DNA of 59,629 bases from Desulfurococcaceae archaeon. Lineage in GTDB: Archaea > Thermoproteota > Thermoprotei_A > Sulfolobales > Desulfurococcaceae. Below the pieces are notes generated by a model. It was not told where the DNA came from and did no database searches. It worked only from the letters and a program-made list of their open reading frames with translations. Position numbers and translations under genes: made by a program. The stretch is taken from NCBI GenBank assembly GCA_038816475.1, contig JAWBAI010000006.1, forward strand, positions 1 through 59,629, in the 5' to 3' direction. This document shows, piece by piece, positions 1 through 9,687 of this stretch. Position 1 is the stretch's first letter. The number at the start of each line of letters is the position of its first letter.

Positions 1-887
1 CCCGTTTTCTCGGCGTAGTCTCTCCAGAACTCCAGCTCTGCTCTCTCATTCTCGCCAGCTGTATCCAGGAGATCATCGAGCCTCGAAAGTGCTGTGTTCA
101 TCATTTTTTCTACTCTCTTAGACCACGCTGAAACATCACTGTCGGTAACCGGTTCTACCCCGAAGAATGGGTCGTGAGTGTTCTTGTTGAGTACCACGTG
201 CATTTCACCGATAATAACACCTAGTTTCGACGCGAGACCAATCCTTTCTGAGCTCTTGTCGCCCTGCAAATAGCTGGCTAAAGACGCGTAGAAGGGTAAA
301 CCACCATCCGCTTCACCCTGAACCTTATCCATGATCACACCCGTTGGTGAGTTCCCGTAGTAGGTGAAACCCAGTACTGGTGGAATGTTCCTGTACCCGG
401 AGCTTGCCAGCCTTTCCAGCAGTTTCACCTCGATGTTGACCTCGGGGATTTTCCTGTAGCTCTTGATCACGAGAAGTCCCGCGTTGGTTTCATACTCAAC
501 AACAGCGTTCGTTGACTCAAGCGTGACGGGTTTAGCTCTGTACACTAGCAGATTCTCCACTCTCGCTTCACCTACAGCCTTGATCGAGGCTTTTTCAATT
601 GCTCTCAGGGCTGTTAAGTAGTTGGGTGTATACTCTGCTTCCACAAAGCACTCGTTATCTACGCAGAAGCCCCTCGTTGAAATGCTCTCGGGAATCTCAT
701 TGACCCGGATCAATGGTAGATGGAAAAGCGATCCAGACGACTCGAGAAGGAGTACCACGAGGTTGTCGTAGAATGATGAGGAAACAACCCTGATCCTCTG
801 TTTTACCCCTTTCCAAGGCCACCACCTTACACTCGGCAGGTAGTGCTCTTCAAGGTACGATGCAAGCTTAAACACATCTATACTCAC
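1..887 (-). CDS. Maltokinase/Pep2-like phosphotransferase (runs off the window edge)
   Basis: Translated by hand because it is not in the ORF track. It starts at GTG 887 (MSIDVFKLASYLEEHYLPSVRWWPWKG) and includes LESTNAVV, LVIKSYRKIPEVNIEV and LGVIIGEMHVVL. These resemble the maltokinase RWFxxK, EQSNSS, LKxFRR and LGxxxAxxH motifs. The frame is open to position 1. Confidence 0.7.
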   Translation of the reverse strand, partial: MSIDVFKLASYLEEHYLPSVRWWPWKGVKQRIRVVSSSFYDNLVVLLLESSGSLFHLPLIRVNEIPESISTRGFCVDNECFVEAEYTPNYLTALRAIEKASIKAVGEARVENLLVYRAKPVTLESTNAVVEYETNAGLLVIKSYRKIPEVNIEVKLLERLASSGYRNIPPVLGFTYYGNSPTGVIMDKVQGEADGGLPFYASLASYLQGDKSSERIGLASKLGVIIGEMHVVLNKNTHDPFFGVEPVTDSDVSAWSKRVEKMMNTALSRLDDLLDTAGENERAELEFWRDYAEKT

Positions 888-964
888 ACGAAACCCCACT
901 ACAGGGTAAGCTCACAGAGGAAAATAACCACACTGTAGCTGAACCACGGTTTGTTCGTGATACG

Positions 965-2182
965 CTAGATGTAGAGTCCTGGAGTCCTGTAGAGCTTTAC
1001 CAGAGTTCCCCTTCGTAGTAGTGATACTCCTGGTTCTATTAGCACAAACCCGTATGAGGTGTATATCACTCTCTGCAGCGGTGAAGGAGCCTCCTCGATT
1101 ACAACCTCGAGGTCCTCGGTGTTCACCAGCTTAGCGAACCTTATCCTCGTGAAGCTGAGGAATCTGCCCTTGTACACGTAGTCCTCAGCCAACTTGTAGT
1201 AGCCAACCGGGTAGTGGGCAACGGGTTCTGAACCCTGTAGGCGCTTAATTAGAGGTTGAGCCAAGAATATGGAACCAGACACTGTCGACTGTACAAGCCC
1301 TGGTAGGAGAACAACTGGTTTGCCCTTAACGAGTACAAGCGATGTAGTTCTACCCGGTTGAACTCTTAATCCTCTAACCAGCATGGTTGAACCACTGATG
1401 CTGAGTAAAGCTGTGAGCGTTACATCGTGTTCCCCAAGTGAGACACCACCTATGGTTACAACAGCGTCGTGCTCGCTGAGAGCGTTTTCAACAGCACTCC
1501 TCACAATCTCGATCGAGTCTTCGACGGGCTCCTCCACGTTGACAACTGCTCCCACGGATTCACACATGGCTTTAACTATGGAGCTGGAGGACTCCCTCTT
1601 TAGATTACTGGTGAACTCTGAACCCACGGGTAGTACGAGAACTCGCGGTCTCCTGTAGACCTTTACCTCCTCGAATCCAAGGTCTATTAGAAGCTTAGCT
1701 AGAGACGGAGTTATGAGGTCACCTCTTCGGCAGATCCGGAAGCCTCTCTGTACATCGGATCCCTTTGCTATGATCTCCTCGTGCTTTTTGTGTTTCCCGT
1801 GAACCTCTATGTAGTCGTTGCCAAGAACCCTTACAGCTTCAACGGGTGCAACGAACAATGCTCCCTCGGGCACCGGTTCACCGGTGTCGACGTAAACAGC
1901 TTCACACGGGTTCTTCAAATCTCCCTTAACAACTCTGTACACCGTGGAATCGCACTCTGAGACAGCGTAGCCGTCTACGTGTGAAATGCTGAAATTTGGT
2001 AGGTCCACTGGTGCTGTGATGTCCTCCGCGATGTACCTGCCTACAGCTCTCTTCACATGCAAAACTTCAACTCCTAGAGGTTCAAAGCTGTCGGCTATGA
2101 TCTTCTTAGCAAGCGATAGCTCAGCGTACTTGAACAGGGGTTGTCTACCGGTAAACCCAGGTTTGCTCATCCAGGTTAACAC
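965..2182 (-). CDS. moeA: Molybdopterin molybdotransferase MoeA
   Basis: Motifs DLPNFSISHVDGYAV, VDTGEPVPEGA, TIGGVSLGEHD, RVQPGR and LLPG follow the MoeA pattern. It lies next to mobB. Confidence 0.9.
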   Translation of the reverse strand: MLTWMSKPGFTGRQPLFKYAELSLAKKIIADSFEPLGVEVLHVKRAVGRYIAEDITAPVDLPNFSISHVDGYAVSECDSTVYRVVKGDLKNPCEAVYVDTGEPVPEGALFVAPVEAVRVLGNDYIEVHGKHKKHEEIIAKGSDVQRGFRICRRGDLITPSLAKLLIDLGFEEVKVYRRPRVLVLPVGSEFTSNLKRESSSSIVKAMCESVGAVVNVEEPVEDSIEIVRSAVENALSEHDAVVTIGGVSLGEHDVTLTALLSISGSTMLVRGLRVQPGRTTSLVLVKGKPVVLLPGLVQSTVSGSIFLAQPLIKRLQGSEPVAHYPVGYYKLAEDYVYKGRFLSFTRIRFAKLVNTEDLEVVIEEAPSPLQRVIYTSYGFVLIEPGVSLLRRGTLVKLYRTPGLYI

Positions 2183-2310
2183 CTCTTGTACTTTAAGAAC
2201 TTTACGTGAGTATAAATCCGCTGAATCTTATAAACTTTGTTTTCCAAGCTTACACTGTTCTTCCAGCTGCATTGGTGTCTTTGCCGTGACCTCCACCAAG
2301 TTGAGTGTGG

Positions 2311-3066
2311 TTACTGATCGGTGATCTCGATCACCACTTTTCCTGCTCTGCTTGGAACACCCTTGAGCGCTTTAAGCATACCCAGAACTGTGGAGCGAAT
2401 TATGTTCTTAACAAAGGGGTTCAAGGGTACCTGTGCTCCGTTGACCCTGACTAGCACATCAGACGCAACGGGGCACCATTGCGCTTTACCCTTAAGGTAG
2501 GCTACTACTAGACTTCTACAGCTTGGGTATCCACATGCTTGGCAGTCAAGTTTACCTGTTCTCTCCACGAGTTGCTCAACAGCTCTGCTCTCTATAAAGT
2601 TGGAGAGGGACACTACATCGCTTGGTTTAAACACAGGTAAGTTGCCAACAGGTGAAACGTTCCTCCCCGTGCTTACGATTGCTACTGGGTTTTTCACCGA
2701 TTTCATCAACTCACGTGCTTCCTCATCAGACTCTACGACTAGAACAGCATCACCTACACTACTCTCCTTGTACCCTTCGACCACTACCACAGGTGTTTTA
2801 AGCAAAGCTAGAGCGTTTTCGACTAGATCACTAAAATCGCTGATGTAGAGCACGGCTAACCCAGGTGAGCTTGCTACCACGGCTACAGCTCCGTTCTCAA
2901 GGTACACCTTTGAATCCTTCTCCTCGAGTACTACTCCGCTACTACAGTGCTTAACAACACCAACGACAATGCCTCTACTCCTCAGGTGTCTTACAACTTC
3001 TGATGCAACAGTTGTTTTACCAGCACCGGACCTCAGGGAAACGAACCTAGCAACGTACTGAGCCAT
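2311..3066 (-). CDS. mobB: Molybdopterin-guanine dinucleotide biosynthesis protein MobB with a C-terminal Fe-S domain
   Basis: P-loop SGAGKTT, VGVVKH, VVVEGYK, a CQACGYPSC...CP cluster and the PLNPFV tail. ATG 3066 after GGTG is preferred over 3081. Confidence 0.88.
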   Translation of the reverse strand: MAQYVARFVSLRSGAGKTTVASEVVRHLRSRGIVVGVVKHCSSGVVLEEKDSKVYLENGAVAVVASSPGLAVLYISDFSDLVENALALLKTPVVVVEGYKESSVGDAVLVVESDEEARELMKSVKNPVAIVSTGRNVSPVGNLPVFKPSDVVSLSNFIESRAVEQLVERTGKLDCQACGYPSCRSLVVAYLKGKAQWCPVASDVLVRVNGAQVPLNPFVKNIIRSTVLGMLKALKGVPSRAGKVVIEITDQ

Positions 3067-3170
3067 GCACACCAGCTTCACATGTAGTAAATCACAACAG
3101 TAAATCTGAAAGAAAACCTATATGCACTTCTCGGTTGCCTCAAGCATTAAGCTTGTTCACCGCGTACTGG

Positions 3171-3215
3171 TATATAAGGGCTACTTACACTGTAATAAGT
3201 TTAGACGTGTCTAAA
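3171..3215 (+). promoter_or_regulatory. feoB promoter: TATA box plus palindromic operator TTTAGAC-GT-GTCTAAA (DtxR/MntR-like box)
   Basis: TATATAA at 3171-3177. An inverted repeat with 7-bp arms at 3200-3215 sits over the expected transcription start and has the TTAG-N6-CTAA form. Confidence 0.6.
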
Positions 3216-3253
3216 TTCATGGTTGTGAACAAGAAGACAAGGTGCTTTAGCTC

Positions 3254-5338
3254 ATGGGCAAGAGGATAAGGGTTGCAGTAATCGGTCAACCAAACGTTGG
3301 TAAGTCAACGCTGTTCAACGTGATCACCCGTGGAAACGCTATCGTAACAAACTGGCCTGGTACCACCGTTGAGAAGCACGAGGGGGTTGTACATTATGGA
3401 GACCACGAGATCGTCTTTGTGGATTTACCCGGTGTCTACGGTTTATCGGGTTTAACGGTTGAGGAGAAGATAAGCAGGAACTTCATACTGAAGGAGAACC
3501 CGGACCTCGTTGTTGTACTCGTGGATTCACTACTGCTCTCGAGAACCTTGTACTTAGCCGTGGAGATCCTCGAGTTAACCAGCAGAGTAGTTGTAGCTGT
3601 AACAAAGACCGATGAAGCACACAGAAGAGGTATTCACATCAACAGTGAGGTTCTCGAGAAGAACCTCGGAGTACCCGTTGTACCAGTTGCAGCTGTTAAA
3701 GGGATAGGGGTAAGCAACCTCTTGAAAACAATCGTTGAGAAAACAGAAGCTAAACCCAAGCCTTTGACGGTCAACTACGGAGAGCTTGAATCCTTCATCC
3801 AAGAGATCCATGAGCTATTCGAGAAAACACCCGCTACAGTTCCGTACCCCAAGCGGTGGTTAGCTGTTAAGCTTCTCGAAGGAGATCAGGACCTGCTCGA
3901 GGAGGTTAGAGCCGTAAGCAAAGAGATAGCTGATAAGATACTTGAAATCAGAGCTGAGGCTGCTCGCAGGCTTGGCTCTGACCTGGCTAGCTTCATTTCG
4001 AGGAAGAGGTTTGAGTTGGCTGAGCAAGTCACGAGAGGTGCTGTTGCTAAAGCTCGAGTTGATGTAGGAGAGGAGAAGCTCGTAAGGATCTTCTATAACC
4101 CCGTTGTAGCACCCCTAGTGTCAGTGCTAATACTCCTCGGGGTGTTCACAGCTGTGTTCACAGTCAACACGGGGTATCCTTTGAACCTCCTGTTCGAGCA
4201 CATTGGTTTACACGAGGTCTCCGAAGTGCTGGAGGAGTTCAATCTGAGCAGTCTTCTTGAGAAGCTGGTTGAAGAGTCTAAATCCGCGTTGTACAGTGTT
4301 CTCGGTGAAACAGCCTTAGCTAGGTTCATAGCTGAGGGTGTTCTCGGAGGATTGTTCGCACTAGTGCTCTTCATTCCACTGGTGGCGGTGGTTCTCGTTG
4401 TACTAGCGATCTTCGAGGATGCAGGGTTGTTGACTCGCATGGCCATTGGCTTCCATATGCTACTCCATTGGCTTGGCATGTCTGGTCACAGTCTCTTCCC
4501 TATTACGCTGAGCTTCGGTTGCAACGTTCCGGGTATTGTAGCTACGCGGTCGAACCCGAACACTCTGGAGAGAGCTAGAATGGTGCTTCTACTACCCTTT
4601 GTACCCTGTCAAGCTAGACTAGTGGTGCTCCTCGCGATTGCTAGTGCTATTGGTGGTTTAACGGGTGTTCTAGTGGTGCCTCTCGCGTACATTCTCGCTC
4701 TAGCTGTAGTACTACTTCTCAACGCTGTCATGGTTGAACTCTCGAAGAGAAAGAATCAGCAGGAGTCAACAGAGCTTCTCCTAGAGCTTCCCGCTGTGCA
4801 TAGACCCATACCAAGGGTTGTATGGTGGTTTACATGGTACTACTTGAAGCACTTCGTGGTTAAGGTTGGAACAATCGTGCTCGTTGTCAACGTATTCGTC
4901 TGGTTGCTCTCGAACGTTGGTTTAAACCTTCAGCTCGTGGACGACGCCAGCGAAAGCATTGGAGCACATGTTTCAAGGCTTTTTGCACCGCTTCTCTCTC
5001 CACTGGGTGTATCCGGGGATTCAGCGTGGATTGTAGCCTACGCGCTCATGATCGGCTTCCTGGCTAAGGAGCTATTCCTCACGTCTATTCTAACGGTAAC
5101 CGGTGCTAACTCCTACGTCGAGGCCTTCAGTACTCTCGGCTTGAGCAGAGCTTCCCTTGCAACCATAGCGGTCTTCGTAGCACTCTACGTTCCCTGCATA
5201 GCTACACTAGCAACGGTCTACCTTGAAACCAAGCGAGTAAAACAAGCCCTAATTGTAGTACTACTAATGCTTGCAACAGCGTATGTTGTATCACTAGCTG
5301 TTTACCTCATACTAAGCATACTCACTCCATACTTTTAA
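3254..5338 (+). CDS. feoB: Ferrous iron transporter FeoB
   Basis: G-protein motifs GQPNVGKS, NWPGTTVE and DLPGVYGL, and membrane gate motifs SFGCNVP, FVPCQARL and LYVPCIATL. Confidence 0.96.
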   Translation: MGKRIRVAVIGQPNVGKSTLFNVITRGNAIVTNWPGTTVEKHEGVVHYGDHEIVFVDLPGVYGLSGLTVEEKISRNFILKENPDLVVVLVDSLLLSRTLYLAVEILELTSRVVVAVTKTDEAHRRGIHINSEVLEKNLGVPVVPVAAVKGIGVSNLLKTIVEKTEAKPKPLTVNYGELESFIQEIHELFEKTPATVPYPKRWLAVKLLEGDQDLLEEVRAVSKEIADKILEIRAEAARRLGSDLASFISRKRFELAEQVTRGAVAKARVDVGEEKLVRIFYNPVVAPLVSVLILLGVFTAVFTVNTGYPLNLLFEHIGLHEVSEVLEEFNLSSLLEKLVEESKSALYSVLGETALARFIAEGVLGGLFALVLFIPLVAVVLVVLAIFEDAGLLTRMAIGFHMLLHWLGMSGHSLFPITLSFGCNVPGIVATRSNPNTLERARMVLLLPFVPCQARLVVLLAIASAIGGLTGVLVVPLAYILALAVVLLLNAVMVELSKRKNQQESTELLLELPAVHRPIPRVVWWFTWYYLKHFVVKVGTIVLVVNVFVWLLSNVGLNLQLVDDASESIGAHVSRLFAPLLSPLGVSGDSAWIVAYALMIGFLAKELFLTSILTVTGANSYVEAFSTLGLSRASLATIAVFVALYVPCIATLATVYLETKRVKQALIVVLLMLATAYVVSLAVYLILSILTPYF

Positions 5339-5560
5339 TTCCTTCTATTGTATTCCTTGACGATTCAGCTCTCGGTAAATACACTAATGAGAGTACTTTC
5401 AACTCTTTCTATTGTATTCACAAGCATCTTCGCGACCGCGTGAGGCAATACATTCGGAGTAGATACCTTTCAACTCTTTCTATTGTATTCACTAGCCCCC
5501 GTCTTCTCGTATTTGCTATCAAGCCCCCAGAGCTTGCTTTCAACTCTTTCTATTGTATTC
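5332..5560 (-). CRISPR. CRISPR array 1: 4 repeats (GAATACAATAGAAAGAGTTGAAAG), 3 spacers
   Basis: Exact CTTTCAACTCTTTCTATTGTATTC copies at 5396-5419, 5467-5490 and 5537-5560, plus a degenerate terminal copy at 5332-5355. Spacers are 40, 47 and 46 nt. The leader is on the right. Confidence 0.95.
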
Positions 5561-5858
5561 TGTGCGTGAGCTTTGATTTGTTTTCTTCAACCTTATCTAT
5601 GCTGGAGGGGTTTTTAAGCTTTTGCTCTGATCATGTGCGTGGTAAACTTCATGGTGTTCATGGGCGTTCGATCAAAAGCACACCACGGCACATCACCACG
5701 GCAAATCCCCTGGTGATCAGGGATGTTCAAGGGGCTTGAACAGGAGCAGTTCAATAACTCTTAACAGCATTACATGAGCCTGTTCGATCAGTTCATGAGA
5801 TCTGTTCCACGCGTTGAACGAACATCCCTGATCCGAACGGGATGTTCTACTAGTGTGG
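5561..5858 (-). promoter_or_regulatory. CRISPR leader of array 1
   Basis: TATA-like CTTAAAAA on the - strand at 5611-5618. Colinear similarity to 48384-48680 with an identical CAAATCAAAGCTCACGCACA junction. Confidence 0.88.
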
Positions 5859-5930
5859 GTAGCAGCTTCTTCATTCACTCTACCATATAATGAAATGCTG
5901 GTTACTGCTCTGTTCTTAAACATTTACTAC

Positions 5931-6440
5931 TTACAATGTGAGGGAATACGGGAGAGAATGAGGGAGAGAAGCTGGGAAGCGGAGTGCTTCAAGCCACCCT
6001 GCACACACAAAAGCACAAGCTCGTGCAAACCGGGGATCAATGATTCTGTCACATCTCATATGAAAGATCACGTGAATGGAATCCAAACTTGGATACAATT
6101 CTGAGGCTTCCATCTCGCACCCAGCATCCTCGCCTGCCAGATATAGGGGCATTGCAGATGTTTCTAAAGGAGTAATTCACCCAGTAGCGCATATCCACAC
6201 TTGTTTTCGCTCTTGACACTATGTCCAGCACTTCATAGGTTGGTAAATGCCCCTTTACGTACCCGAATCGCGCACAGAGGTCTACGAGCACCCTCTTCAG
6301 CGGCTCCAGGCACTCTCTCTCGATGTCGTCAAAGCGCTTTAGCATGGCATCGTACTTTCTCCTCTTTGACTCGAGAAACCAGCCGACTAAGCCTTCTATT
6401 AATCCCCGAGAACCGTGTAAACAGCGTTGAAAACATGCTC
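5931..6440 (-). pseudogene. Fragmented hypothetical gene (N-terminal hydrophobic anchor, frameshifts)
   Basis: Track ORF 6049..6345 extends upstream in frame (GLIEGLVGWFLESKRRKYDAMLKRF). A further piece (LLEHVFNAVYTVLG) lies in another frame. Confidence 0.3.
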
Positions 6441-6632
6441 CAAGAGCCCCACCAGCAGTTTTACTGCTGAGTAGATTAACTGATGCTGCTAACTTTTCAA
6501 CCGCTTTGAAGCTACTAACGTAAGTTAAGTAATGCTGTGAGTAAAGAAAAAAGTTTAAAAGCTAAGGCGCTTCAAACCCCAGCTCGCATAAAACGCGGGC
6601 CGATTACATGTAGTGATCACGGGCTCTGGTTC

Positions 6633-8303
6633 TCACAGCTCTGGAGACTTTCCAGGCTCGTGGGATTCCGGTAACAGAAGTTCGGCGAGAACCGGGTGCG
6701 CTTTCAGGTCTCTCAGAGCTAGCGACAGTGTTGAGAACGCTATTCTCCCAAGCACATCTCTCGATATGTCCTCGGGAACCCCGCTGTCCTTTGCTTTTAA
6801 AAGTAGCTCATCACTCACATATTTGTTTATGAACGTGGCTGTTTTCGTGCTGAGACCGTCAGCGGAGAGTATAAAAACGCTTCTACCAATTTCTTGCATA
6901 GGCACCACTCTGTATACATGGCGGTCATACTTTCTCGAAGGAATTATCACAACAAGATATCTTCCCTCAGACGCCTTAGGAATGCCCAGACTCACCATTT
7001 CTTTCAGCCTATTCAGCGAAGCTGTTCTTATGTATCCGCGTTTATCTTGGGTTAGGTAGGTGAAGACCACGAAGTAGTCAACGGGCTTCCCTGTAGCTGG
7101 ATCTGTTCTGGACACGTGGATCAGTGTGAACACGGGTCCGCGTCTTCCTCGTTTGGATTCTTGCTGAGTTTCCAACCCCAGCATGTCTGGGGTTGCTTCA
7201 TCTATTATGTTGCTTAAGCTCTTGTTGTACTCAAGCTCCTGAACTGTTCTGGAGGCCTTAACGATCGCGGTTATAACATCGTTTGGTGAGAGGTTCGATA
7301 CTTCGGTCTCTGCTAAGTTGTCGTAAAGCTCGCTTAGTTTTTTAGCGACATTTTTGCTCACTTGATCCACTATAACCTTTAGCAGGATCTTCAAGATCGA
7401 CATAGCATTCAGACCCCACTCGGCAAGCTCGACTATAACCTTGGAAGGATGCCTTGACAGTGAGGGTAGTCTAGCGAGAGCAAGCATCGCTAGCCCCTTG
7501 CTCATGTTCTTCAGCTCGCTACACAGGCTGGCACATTCATTCTCTAATCCTGCGTTTTTAACGTAGAAGTTGAGAATGGATAATATTACATTGCTGAGGT
7601 CCGGAACTTTGCTTATGTCCCTGTATCGAGCCCAAAACGCATCTAAGTTCACAAGTGACGCGCCGCGGAAGGTCTTCACGAACGATCTTTCAGTATAGCT
7701 TCTTAGGATCGCTGATCTTAGCGCCGTTTGGGGGTTTTCACCAAGTAGCATCTCTGATCCTGTGGCTGAGGCCACAGCTGTATTGAGCCAATCCGCTATA
7801 TTGACTCCTCCCTTCACACTCTCGCTCTGCAGAGCAAGTACGAGCTTTATGATACCCTCATGTTCAAGTAAGACCTTTAAGATGCCGGTCTTAATAAACT
7901 CCGTGAAAATAGGCACGGCTTCTATCACATCGTCAAAAGCCAGCACTATCTTTCTTCCCTCTTTAGTAGACTCTTCTATTTTTGGGAGGAGCTCCGCCTC
8001 AAGTTTCTTGACACGCGCATCATTCTCTAGCTCTCTTCCATTATAGTACGAGAACTCCCAGTTTTCTTTTAACAAAAGCTTCTTCAAGTAAACCAATGTG
8101 GCTGTTTTCCCAGAGCCTCGGGCCCCTACTAGAATAACAAGGTTCTTCGCGTGGGCTTGTTCCTTGAAGAACTCTCTGAAGACAGGGTTATCCTCGAACC
8201 CCTTCGTGAACATTTTTTCAAGCATGTTAAAGGAAAGTCTCTGAAGTGAATGGCTTATAAAGCTAACTAGCTTCTCCGTGCAGGAATCGTTCATGCTAGC
8301 CAC
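6633..8303 (-). CDS. P-loop ATPase (AAA+/STAND-like) with an uncharacterised C-terminal alpha/beta domain
   Basis: Walker A LVILVGARGSGKT and Walker B KIVLAFDD. 556 aa; overlaps the upstream gene by 8 nt. Confidence 0.8.
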   Translation of the reverse strand: MASMNDSCTEKLVSFISHSLQRLSFNMLEKMFTKGFEDNPVFREFFKEQAHAKNLVILVGARGSGKTATLVYLKKLLLKENWEFSYYNGRELENDARVKKLEAELLPKIEESTKEGRKIVLAFDDVIEAVPIFTEFIKTGILKVLLEHEGIIKLVLALQSESVKGGVNIADWLNTAVASATGSEMLLGENPQTALRSAILRSYTERSFVKTFRGASLVNLDAFWARYRDISKVPDLSNVILSILNFYVKNAGLENECASLCSELKNMSKGLAMLALARLPSLSRHPSKVIVELAEWGLNAMSILKILLKVIVDQVSKNVAKKLSELYDNLAETEVSNLSPNDVITAIVKASRTVQELEYNKSLSNIIDEATPDMLGLETQQESKRGRRGPVFTLIHVSRTDPATGKPVDYFVVFTYLTQDKRGYIRTASLNRLKEMVSLGIPKASEGRYLVVIIPSRKYDRHVYRVVPMQEIGRSVFILSADGLSTKTATFINKYVSDELLLKAKDSGVPEDISRDVLGRIAFSTLSLALRDLKAHPVLAELLLPESHEPGKSPEL

Positions 8304-9687
8304 CCAGCGCCTTCCTCACGAACTCTGATAGCTCACGAGGCTTAAGGTACACTGCATCGTATGGTATCTTTCTCGGCGGTAGCTTAAATATTTCCTTTTT
8401 GGTTAGTATTGTCCCGATGCCAGGCACTCCTGTGATCACCAGTGATGCTATGGCCCAGTTAAGGCTTTCTGACCACGCTAGCTTGTCTAAGTCTAGCTGC
8501 CTGAGGCGCGCTCTCATGTTGTCCGCTAAACCGGTGTCTTCGTAGAACTTCTTGAGCTCTTCAGTTAGCTCAGCTAGACCTACAGGTCTCTCCTCCCGCG
8601 CTCTTCTCGAGATCCTCAGCAGTGATATGACTACGTCCATCGGCGTCACCTTGGGCTCGCCTGTCTCGACTCCATGCAGATGTATTATTGGCGAGAACAT
8701 GAGCAACGTCAAGAAAGACAGCTCCCTGGGGTCCTTGGCAGTCATGAGCCTTTCTAGTGGAAGCTTAATTGGTATCCTCATGTCCAAGAGCAACTGCGGC
8801 TCCACAAGATATACAGCGAGGGAATACATTAAGGGCTCACCTGACAAGAACCAAGACCACGACTGGAGCTTTTCTGGTTTCTCACTTTTTCTCCACAGCT
8901 TGATGAAGAGAATGGCGTTCTGAAGCTTATTTATGTACTGGCCTTTAAGTCCTGCGGCCCAGCTTAGGAGAGCTTTACGTAACTCGAACTCAAGCCACTT
9001 ATCTGGAGGAGCCTTGAGCCTTCCCTCTGTGGCACTGCTCAGATTCCACATGAAGTTCTCCACCAGCTTGTGTTTTCTGTCAACGTAGACTATGTACTTG
9101 TAGTCTGCAACAGCATCGATGACCTCCGCTTCCATAATTATATTTATCCACCAGAGGAATACACTGAAGTCCCTCGGGTTTAGGCCCATATCCTCTATGC
9201 GTTTCATGGCACGCTTGATAGCCATGGTAGTAGCTTTTTTCCCTTCTGCAACCTTGGTCTCGATGATCACTGAGATCACTTTCAGCATTTTCTCGGGGTC
9301 TTCTAGTACTCTTGGAATTAATTTTTTCTCAGAAGGGAGATCCTCTGCTTCTGGATAAATTGCGCTGAGCAATCTAGTTAGAGCCCTGAAGAGCACCAGT
9401 GCTGTCCACGCACGCTTCGCCTTGGACTCAGCTTCCCGCTTTAAGGTTTTCAATGAGCTTGTCCCGTAGATGCTCCTGAGCATGCTTACAACCTCAGCTA
9501 GGGCTTCTTTCTCGTATCTTTTGAATGCCAGCGCATCGTAGCCGAGATCACCTGTCTCGATGAAGGCTTCGGCCTGCTTCTCGATAACTCCTAGTCTGCC
9601 CGGATTCTTCAGTAACGTTGCAACGAACGCTAAATCAACGACAGAGTCTGTTACTATGTGCTCAACGAGTCTTCCCCTCCTTCTCAT
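8296..9687 (-). CDS. Hypothetical, largely helical protein (463 aa)
   Basis: Long ORF coupled to both neighbours (ATGA overlap at 9684-9687). No recognised motif. Confidence 0.8.
   Translation of the reverse strand: MRRRGRLVEHIVTDSVVDLAFVATLLKNPGRLGVIEKQAEAFIETGDLGYDALAFKRYEKEALAEVVSMLRSIYGTSSLKTLKREAESKAKRAWTALVLFRALTRLLSAIYPEAEDLPSEKKLIPRVLEDPEKMLKVISVIIETKVAEGKKATTMAIKRAMKRIEDMGLNPRDFSVFLWWINIIMEAEVIDAVADYKYIVYVDRKHKLVENFMWNLSSATEGRLKAPPDKWLEFELRKALLSWAAGLKGQYINKLQNAILFIKLWRKSEKPEKLQSWSWFLSGEPLMYSLAVYLVEPQLLLDMRIPIKLPLERLMTAKDPRELSFLTLLMFSPIIHLHGVETGEPKVTPMDVVISLLRISRRAREERPVGLAELTEELKKFYEDTGLADNMRARLRQLDLDKLAWSESLNWAIASLVITGVPGIGTILTKKEIFKLPPRKIPYDAVYLKPRELSEFVRKALGG

Noticed and set aside
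5440-5923. ORF-track entries across array 1 and its leader
   Set aside because: They translate repeat and leader sequence; spurious.
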